A stretch of DNA of 61,390 bases, counting the filler. It is 4 parts of 4 records of this genome, joined end to end, with 100 filler letters (N's around TTAATTAATTAA, not from the genome) between each part and the next. Parts side by side here need not be neighbours in the genome. Positions count along the whole stretch, not along the records: positions 47,293 to 61,390 come from SRR22947725_7844; 3 more parts are not named here. One strand, 5' to 3'. The number at the start of each line of letters is the position of its first letter. The stretch's first letter is position 1. Of this stretch, positions 53,172 through 61,390 are shown piece by piece. Made by a program: the position numbers and the translations under genes. The notes beneath the pieces are model-generated. The model had not been told where the DNA came from. It saw only the letters and a list, made by a program, of their open reading frames with translations, and made no database searches.

Positions 53172-54164
53172 ATGGCACTATTTAATTTTCAGAAACCAGA
53201 CAAGGTAATCATGATTGATTCAGATGAATTCGAAGGAAAATTCGAGTTTCGTCCATTAGAACCTGGTTACGGACTTACCGTTGGTAATGCACTGCGACGC
53301 GTTATGCTTGCATCTCTTGAGGGATTTGCAATAACTTCTATTCGTATAGACAAAGTAGATCACGAATTCTCTACACTTCCGGGTGTAGTAGAAGATGTAA
53401 CTGAAATGATTTTGAACTTCAAGCAAGTTCGCTTTAAGCAACAAATTGACTCTGTTGATAGCGAGACTGTAAACGTGGCTAGTTCAGGTCAAAAACAACT
53501 TAAAGCAGGTGACTTGCAGAAATTTATTTCTGGTTTCCAAGTACTTAACCCTGATTTAGTTATTTGTAATCTGGATGAGAGCGTACAATTAAACATTGAA
53601 TTTACGATTGAAAAAGGTCGTGGATATGTGCCTGCAGAAGAAAATAAAAAGGCTTCCGCACCAATTGGCACTATTGCTATCGATTCAATTTATACGCCAA
53701 TCAAAAACGTAAAATATACGATTGAAAACTTTCGTGTTGAGCAAAAAACGGATTACGAAAAATTAGTTTTTGAAATCATTACAGATGGTTCTATTCATCC
53801 TAAAGATGCGTTAACTGAAGCTGCAAAAACGCTTATTCACCACTTTATGTTATTTTCTGACGAGCGTATTACTCTTGAGGCTGACGAAATTGCTGAAACA
53901 GAAACATATGACGAAGAGTCCTTACATATGCGTCAGTTGCTAAAGACTAAACTTATCGACATGGACCTTTCTGTTCGTGCTTTAAACTGTCTTAAGGCTG
54001 CTGAAGTTGACACCCTTGGTGATTTGGTTTCTTTTAACAAAAGTGATTTGATGAAGTTTAGAAACTTTGGAAAAAAGTCACTTACTGAACTTGAGGAATT
54101 GGTCATTGCCAAAGGACTTAATTTTGGTATGGATTTGGCCAAATACAAATTAGACAAAGACTAA
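53172..54164 (+). CDS. rpoA: RNA polymerase alpha subunit
   Basis: [32 protein letters not shown]. Confidence 0.99.
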   Translation: MALFNFQKPDKVIMIDSDEFEGKFEFRPLEPGYGLTVGNALRRVMLASLEGFAITSIRIDKVDHEFSTLPGVVEDVTEMILNFKQVRFKQQIDSVDSETVNVASSGQKQLKAGDLQKFISGFQVLNPDLVICNLDESVQLNIEFTIEKGRGYVPAEENKKASAPIGTIAIDSIYTPIKNVKYTIENFRVEQKTDYEKLVFEIITDGSIHPKDALTEAAKTLIHHFMLFSDERITLEADEIAETETYDEESLHMRQLLKTKLIDMDLSVRALNCLKAAEVDTLGDLVSFNKSDLMKFRNFGKKSLTELEELVIAKGLNFGMDLAKYKLDKD

Positions 54165-54185
54165 TTCCGAAAAAGCGAATACATC

Positions 54186-54746
54186 ATGAGACACGGAAAA
54201 AAAGTAGCCCATTTGGGCCGAACAAATACTCACAGAAAAGCGATGCTAGCCAATATGGCTTCTTCGCTTATTGACCACAAGCGTATTAATACCACGGTTG
54301 CACGTGCTAAAGCACTTAAGCAATTTCTTGAGCCGCTTATCACACGTTCTAAAAATGATACTACTCATAATCGTCGTGTTGCTTTTAGAGCACTACGCAA
54401 TAAGTATGCAGTAACAGAACTTTTCCGTACCGTAGCTGAAAAAGTGGCTGATCGTCCAGGTGGATATACGCGTATTATCAAAATGGGTAACCGTCTTGGT
54501 GATAATGCAGATATGGCACTAATTGAATTGGTCGATTTCAATACCCTTTATGAAAACGATAAGCCAAAGAAAAAATCTCGTAGAAGAGGAACTAAGAAAG
54601 CTACTACCGAAGCTGCTGCTGAGGTTGTTGAGGCGCAGACTGACACACCAGAAATAGTAGAATCTCCTGAAGCAGTTGCAGAAACTGAAGCACCAAAAGC
54701 TCCAGAAACTGAAGCCGCTGATGACGATACCAACATGGCTGAGTAA
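54186..54746 (+). CDS. rplQ: 50S ribosomal protein L17 with an acidic C-terminal extension
   Basis: [25 protein letters not shown]. Confidence 0.98.
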   Translation: MRHGKKVAHLGRTNTHRKAMLANMASSLIDHKRINTTVARAKALKQFLEPLITRSKNDTTHNRRVAFRALRNKYAVTELFRTVAEKVADRPGGYTRIIKMGNRLGDNADMALIELVDFNTLYENDKPKKKSRRRGTKKATTEAAAEVVEAQTDTPEIVESPEAVAETEAPKAPETEAADDDTNMAE

Positions 54747-54770
54747 TTTTTAACAGCTTTTTAATAATTC

Positions 54771-54803
54771 AAAGGATAAACCCGCTGGTTTATCCTTTTT
54801 TTT
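54771..54803 (+). terminator. Rho-independent terminator of the alpha operon
   Basis: aaaggataaacc-cgct-ggtttatccttt followed by a T-run. Confidence 0.9.
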
Positions 54804-54807
54804 GTCT

Positions 54808-54815
54808 TAATTTTG
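54808..54815 (+). promoter_or_regulatory. Bacteroidota -7 promoter element for carA
   Basis: TAATTTTG matches TAnnTTTG, about 20 nt before the ATG. Confidence 0.65.
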
Positions 54816-54834
54816 CCAAAACACTTAAAACCGA

Positions 54835-57245
<2,411 letters not shown>

Positions 57246-57282
57246 TTCACACTAGGAGTAACAGATTTATTGGGCGCAAAAA

Positions 57283-58566
57283 ATGGCTAAAAATGTAACA
57301 TTGTCCTACGAGGGCAAAGAAATCGATTTTCCTTTAGTAGAAGGAACTGAAAATGAATGGGGTATAGATGTTAAAACACTTCGAGCAAAAACGAATCTAA
57401 TCACTCTAGATCCTGGTTTTAAGAATACCGGGTCTTGCCAAAGTGGAATTACGTTTTTAGACGGCGAAAAGGGTATTCTTCGCTATCGTGGGTATGATAT
57501 TGAGGATCTAGCAGATAATGCCGGTTTTTTAGAAGTAGCTTATTTGCTCATTTTTGGAGAACTCCCTAATACAGAACAATTAGATAAATTTTTAGTTGAT
57601 ATTAAGGAAGAGTCTTTCATAGATGAAGACTTAAAGAAGATTTTAGAAAGCTTCCCAAGTGCAGCACACCCAATGGGCGTGCTATCCTCGCTTACAAGCG
57701 CCCTGACGGCCTTTAATCCGAATTCGGTAGATGTAGACAGTGAAGAGGATATGTATCGGGCTATCGTTCGTATTATGGGTAAGTTACCTGTTTTAGTTGC
57801 ATGGGTCTTTAGAAAAAAAGAGGGCTTACCATTAAAATACGGCGATTATTCTCTTGGTTACGTAGAAAACATTTCTCGTATGATGTTCCGTAAGCCTAAC
57901 AAAGAATATGTTGCCAATCCTGTCATTGACTCTGCATTGAATAAACTACTCATCTTACATGCTGAGCATGAGCAAAACTGCTCTACTTCAACCGTGCGTA
58001 TTGTAGGTTCTTCCCACGCTGGGTTATTTGCTTCTATAGCTGCTGGGATTTCTGCTTTATGGGGTCCCTTACATGGTGGCGCAAATCAAGCAGTTGTCGA
58101 AATGCTTGAGGCGATTCGTCATGATGGCGGAGATATCAAACGCTATATGGAAAAGGCTAAAGATAAATCAGACCCTTTTCGTCTTATGGGCTTTGGACAT
58201 CGTGTTTATAAAAATTTTGATCCACGTGCACGTATTATTAAAAAGGCAGCTAACGAAGTGCTCACTGATTTGGGCTTGGTAGATCCAGTGTTGGATATTG
58301 CTAAAAAACTCGAAGCAGAGGCACTCAGCGATCCATATTTTGTGGATCGTAAGCTGTATCCTAATGTTGACTTTTATTCGGGTATTATTTATCGTGCCAT
58401 GGGAATTTCAACAGAAACATTTACAGTAATGTTTGCTCTTGGTCGTTTGCCAGGATGGATAGCCCAGTGGAGAGAAATGCGTAAAAACAAAGAGCCTATT
58501 GGCCGTCCTCGTCAAATTTACGTAGGAAAAAACCACCGCGAATTTCCACCCATAAAGAGCCGTTAG
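57283..58566 (+). CDS. gltA: Citrate synthase
   Basis: HEQNCST, GPLHGGAN, GFGHRVY, YPNVDFYSG, RPRQ.Y. Confidence 0.98.
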   Translation: MAKNVTLSYEGKEIDFPLVEGTENEWGIDVKTLRAKTNLITLDPGFKNTGSCQSGITFLDGEKGILRYRGYDIEDLADNAGFLEVAYLLIFGELPNTEQLDKFLVDIKEESFIDEDLKKILESFPSAAHPMGVLSSLTSALTAFNPNSVDVDSEEDMYRAIVRIMGKLPVLVAWVFRKKEGLPLKYGDYSLGYVENISRMMFRKPNKEYVANPVIDSALNKLLILHAEHEQNCSTSTVRIVGSSHAGLFASIAAGISALWGPLHGGANQAVVEMLEAIRHDGGDIKRYMEKAKDKSDPFRLMGFGHRVYKNFDPRARIIKKAANEVLTDLGLVDPVLDIAKKLEAEALSDPYFVDRKLYPNVDFYSGIIYRAMGISTETFTVMFALGRLPGWIAQWREMRKNKEPIGRPRQIYVGKNHREFPPIKSR

Positions 58567-58629
58567 TCACCATTTTTTTCACACCGTTTTTTAGACGAGT
58601 GTTGTTCAAAATATTATTTTAGAATCTAA

Positions 58630-59046
58630 CTATAAATAGTTTTCTGAGACACTTGCTTTTAGCTTTTGTATCTTTTTAAAAAACACACGTACAGGTTCAG
58701 ACTGCGCTGATACCGTAACTTTATAGTGTTCAAAATGAACACTATAGGCATCACTTCTTCCTTTAAAGAGCGTGAGTTTATAATAAGGAATTACAAGCGC
58801 ATAGGTTTCTAAAAGCGATCGAAATCGCAAAACAATTCCTTTAGGACGTAACTCAATATTACAGGTGTTGTCATTTTGATCGAGTAAAAAAAGGTTATTT
58901 ACTTCTTTGCTGCATGTTATAACATGCAGCTTTGGAGAACCAATCCCACCTAATTTTATGCGGTTTACTAATGTAAAGGGTTTCCCAACCATTTCGTCAA
59001 TGGTTGCTCTTTGCATTTTGTCGTTATAGGATATATTTGCAAGCAC
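58630..59046 (-). CDS. Conserved-looking flavobacterial hypothetical protein (start probably GTG 59046)
   Basis: MLANISYND...VGKPF...GGIGSPKL...CNIELRPKGI..RFRSLLETYAL.IPYYKL; preceded by a TATCTTTG element. Confidence 0.75.
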   Translation of the reverse strand: MLANISYNDKMQRATIDEMVGKPFTLVNRIKLGGIGSPKLHVITCSKEVNNLFLLDQNDNTCNIELRPKGIVLRFRSLLETYALVIPYYKLTLFKGRSDAYSVHFEHYKVTVSAQSEPVRVFFKKIQKLKASVSENYL

Positions 59047-59091
59047 TATACAAAGATACAGCAAAACCCGTTTCTACCTTTTGGAAAGCAT

Positions 59092-59099
59092 TATCTTTG
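59092..59099 (+). promoter_or_regulatory. Bacteroidota -7 element for argS (a divergent TATCTTTG on the minus strand at 59051-59058 serves the hypothetical gene)
   Basis: TATCTTTG matches TAnnTTTG on both strands. Confidence 0.65.
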
Positions 59100-59115
59100 T
59101 TCTCGATTATTACCT

Positions 59116-60882
59116 ATGGAGCAACTAATAGCACAACACCTCAAAGCGTATTTTTCCGACAATTACGGAAAAGATACCGACGGTATTGAAATTCAACCCA
59201 CAAAACCTCAGTTTAAAGGTGATTTAACAGTAGTGGTGTTTCCATTGTTAAAGGTGGCGCCTAAAAAGCCCATTGAATTGGGTGAAGAACTAGGAGACTA
59301 TCTCATTAAGAATATTGATGAGTTAATTTCCTATAATGTTGTTCAAGGATTTTTAAATATTGAAATATCTGATTCTTATTTTCTAAAAGCGCTTTTGCAA
59401 AGACAGGAAGACCCCGTCTCAGTAACACAGCTACCTGCAGATTGCCCAAAAATATTGGTTGAATATTCATCCCCCAACACTAATAAACCTTTACACTTGG
59501 GGCATATTCGAAATAACCTTCTTGGTGCTTCTGTTTCTAAAATCTTAGCGGCGAATGGAAATCGTGTACATACCACACAAATTATTAACGATCGCGGCAT
59601 TCATATTTGTAAATCCATGGTGGCTTGGCAAAAATTTGGAGCTGGTGAAACACCCACTTCTTCAGGTCTGAAAGGGGATGCCCTTGTAGGAAAATATTAT
59701 GTGTTATTTGATCAACACTATAAAAAGGAAGTTGCTGATTTGGTGGCTTTAGGAGTGTCTGAAAAACAAGCAAAAAGCGAGGCGCCTATCTTGCTAGAAG
59801 CAAAGGCTATGTTGGTCCTTTGGGAAGAAAACGATGTTGATGTACGTAGTTTATGGAAACAAATGAATGCTTGGGTGTATGATGGGTTTGATGAAACCTA
59901 TTCTCAAATGGGAGTTCAGTTTGATTCTTATTATTATGAAAGTGACACCTACCTTTTAGGAAAAGAAATTATTGAAGAAGGGCTTAAAAAAGGTGTTTTT
60001 AGTAAACGAGAGGATAATTCCGTTTGGGTAGACCTTACCGAAGACGGACTTGATGAAAAATTGGTACTTCGTTCCGATGGTACATCAGTGTATATAACCC
60101 AAGACTTAGGTACAGCTCGCTTACGATTTTCTAACCATCCTGATATGAAGGGAATGGTTTATACGGTTGGAAATGAGCAAGACTATCATTTTAAAGTGTT
60201 GTTTCTAATCCTAAAAAAACTGGGTTACGAATGGGCAGAACAACTTTACCATCTGAGTTACGGTATGGTAGACTTGCCTAGTGGCAAAATGAAAAGTAGA
60301 GAAGGAACCGTTGTTGACGCTGATGCTTTAATGACTGAAATGCAAACCACGGCTAAACAAATTTCCCAGGAATTAGGGAAACTAGACGGGCTGTCTGAAA
60401 CAGAGAAAGAGTCTTTGTATCACAGTATTGGTATGGGTGCTTTAAAATATTACATCCTTAAGGTAGATCCAAAGAAGCGAATTTTATTTGATCCAAAAGC
60501 TTCTGTTGATTTCACAGGAAATACAGGGCCTTTTATACAATATACTCATGCTCGTATCCAATCCATTCTTCGTAAGGCTGGAGAAAATGACAGTTCGATT
60601 TCACTATCCTATGGAATGCATCCTAAAGAAAAAGAAGTACTAAAGACAATTTTGCAGTATCCTTCTGTAATTGATGCTGCTGCAAAGCAATACAGTCCTG
60701 CGCTAATTGCCAATTATGTGTATGAACTTGTAAAGCAATTCAATTCGTATTATCAAGAGGTGCCTATTTTGGTAGATGCTGATGATACACGTACTTTCCG
60801 TGTGAACTTATGTGGAGAAGTTGGGACTGTAATTCGAGAAGCATTAGGATTATTGGGGATAGATGCTCCGAATAGAATGTAA
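59116..60882 (+). CDS. argS: Arginine--tRNA ligase
   Basis: VEYSSPNTNKPLHLGH, RSDGTSVY.TQD, MKSREG, GNTGPFIQYTHARI.SI. ATG at 59116. Confidence 0.98.
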   Translation: MEQLIAQHLKAYFSDNYGKDTDGIEIQPTKPQFKGDLTVVVFPLLKVAPKKPIELGEELGDYLIKNIDELISYNVVQGFLNIEISDSYFLKALLQRQEDPVSVTQLPADCPKILVEYSSPNTNKPLHLGHIRNNLLGASVSKILAANGNRVHTTQIINDRGIHICKSMVAWQKFGAGETPTSSGLKGDALVGKYYVLFDQHYKKEVADLVALGVSEKQAKSEAPILLEAKAMLVLWEENDVDVRSLWKQMNAWVYDGFDETYSQMGVQFDSYYYESDTYLLGKEIIEEGLKKGVFSKREDNSVWVDLTEDGLDEKLVLRSDGTSVYITQDLGTARLRFSNHPDMKGMVYTVGNEQDYHFKVLFLILKKLGYEWAEQLYHLSYGMVDLPSGKMKSREGTVVDADALMTEMQTTAKQISQELGKLDGLSETEKESLYHSIGMGALKYYILKVDPKKRILFDPKASVDFTGNTGPFIQYTHARIQSILRKAGENDSSISLSYGMHPKEKEVLKTILQYPSVIDAAAKQYSPALIANYVYELVKQFNSYYQEVPILVDADDTRTFRVNLCGEVGTVIREALGLLGIDAPNRM

Positions 60883-60884
60883 AA

Positions 60885-60915
60885 AAAAATGCCCCGATTA
60901 AATCGAGGCATTTTT
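60885..60915. terminator. Bidirectional terminator between the convergent argS and rhodopsin genes
   Basis: aaaaatgccccgatt-a-aatcgaggcattttt, with A and T tracts on the two sides. Confidence 0.85.
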
Positions 60916-60932
60916 AAAATATGTTTTTGGAA

Positions 60933-61390
60933 TTATTTGTTTGAAGAAACAGCAGCAGCATATACTACTAAACCAAATCCAATTTTGTTAACAGCATCAC
61001 CAATGTTGTAAACAACATCCATGTTTAGTCCAATACCATCAACAAAGTCATACCATCCGTCAGTTCCGATCATGTATCCTAATGGGTAAATTGCCCATCC
61101 GATAAGAACGAATAACGTTAAGGTATTGTGTGCTTTTTCAACAGCTCCACCTGCAGAAGCTGCAAGTTTAGCCAATGGACCGAACTTGATCAACCATGCA
61201 ATGTAAAAATAAGCAAGACCTGAAGCAAGACCCCAAAGTTCAGCACCGTGTGCAGCTTCAGAAACTTCTCCAAAGTATCCAGTTACTAGCATTACTAAAG
61301 AAGCCCAAATTAATGTGCTTAAGTGCTTAGTTGTTGCACCAGCAGCTTTAAGAATTAAGTAAAACTCAACACACATTAATGGAACAGTTA
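60933..61390 (-). CDS. Proteorhodopsin, C-terminal part (5' end outside the window)
   Basis: (L)TVPLMCVEFYLIL (helix C), MLVTGYFGE, GWAIYPLGY, YNIGDAVNKIGFG (retinal Schiff-base Lys). Confidence 0.95.
   Translation of the reverse strand, partial: TVPLMCVEFYLILKAAGATTKHLSTLIWASLVMLVTGYFGEVSEAAHGAELWGLASGLAYFYIAWLIKFGPLAKLAASAGGAVEKAHNTLTLFVLIGWAIYPLGYMIGTDGWYDFVDGIGLNMDVVYNIGDAVNKIGFGLVVYAAAVSSNK

Noticed and set aside
47293-54746. Cys-poor S14 and L36, extended L17, and no map gene between secY and infA
   Set aside because: These are ordinary features of flavobacterial ribosomal operons.

Overview
This window is not one genome. It is four unrelated contigs joined by artificial 100-nt linkers (N44-TTAATTAATTAA-N44 at 11606-11705, 26262-26361 and 47193-47292), consistent with a concatenated marine metagenome. 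(1) 1-11605: GC-rich, intron-rich eukaryote, probably a protist. I reconstructed spliced genes for Mediator MED21 (4 exons, -), a mitochondrial branched-chain aminotransferase (10 exons, +), a ricin-B-like orphan, a secreted Pro/Ala-rich orphan and a 3'-truncated 26S proteasome ATPase RPT1/PSMC2. (2) 11706-26261: gammaproteobacterial housekeeping block (trxA-rho-flavin reductase, hemCDXY, argH, cyaY, lptM-lysA-dapF-DUF484-xerC-HAD, thrC, partial P-II). (3) 26362-47192: AT-rich PVC-type contig, most like Lentisphaera, with a serine hydrolase, a metallophosphoesterase, YrbL, an APC permease fused to PTS-EIIA and RCK_C, a B12 radical SAM enzyme, a DUF1592/DUF1552 pair, an ECF sigma factor plus membrane Ser/Thr kinase, a DEDDh exonuclease and three sulfatases. 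(4) 47293-61390: flavobacterial spc/alpha ribosomal operons, carA-eno-gltA, argS and a partial proteorhodopsin. The best lead is on contig 3. The ECF-coupled kinase has a WNK-like active site: the beta-3 lysine is missing and a lysine sits at the end of the Gly-rich loop. The same 11-bp TGTCACCGTTT plus a downstream CGTA, resembling an ECF promoter, precedes both sulfatase units. All assignments come from motif recognition by eye; no database search was run.
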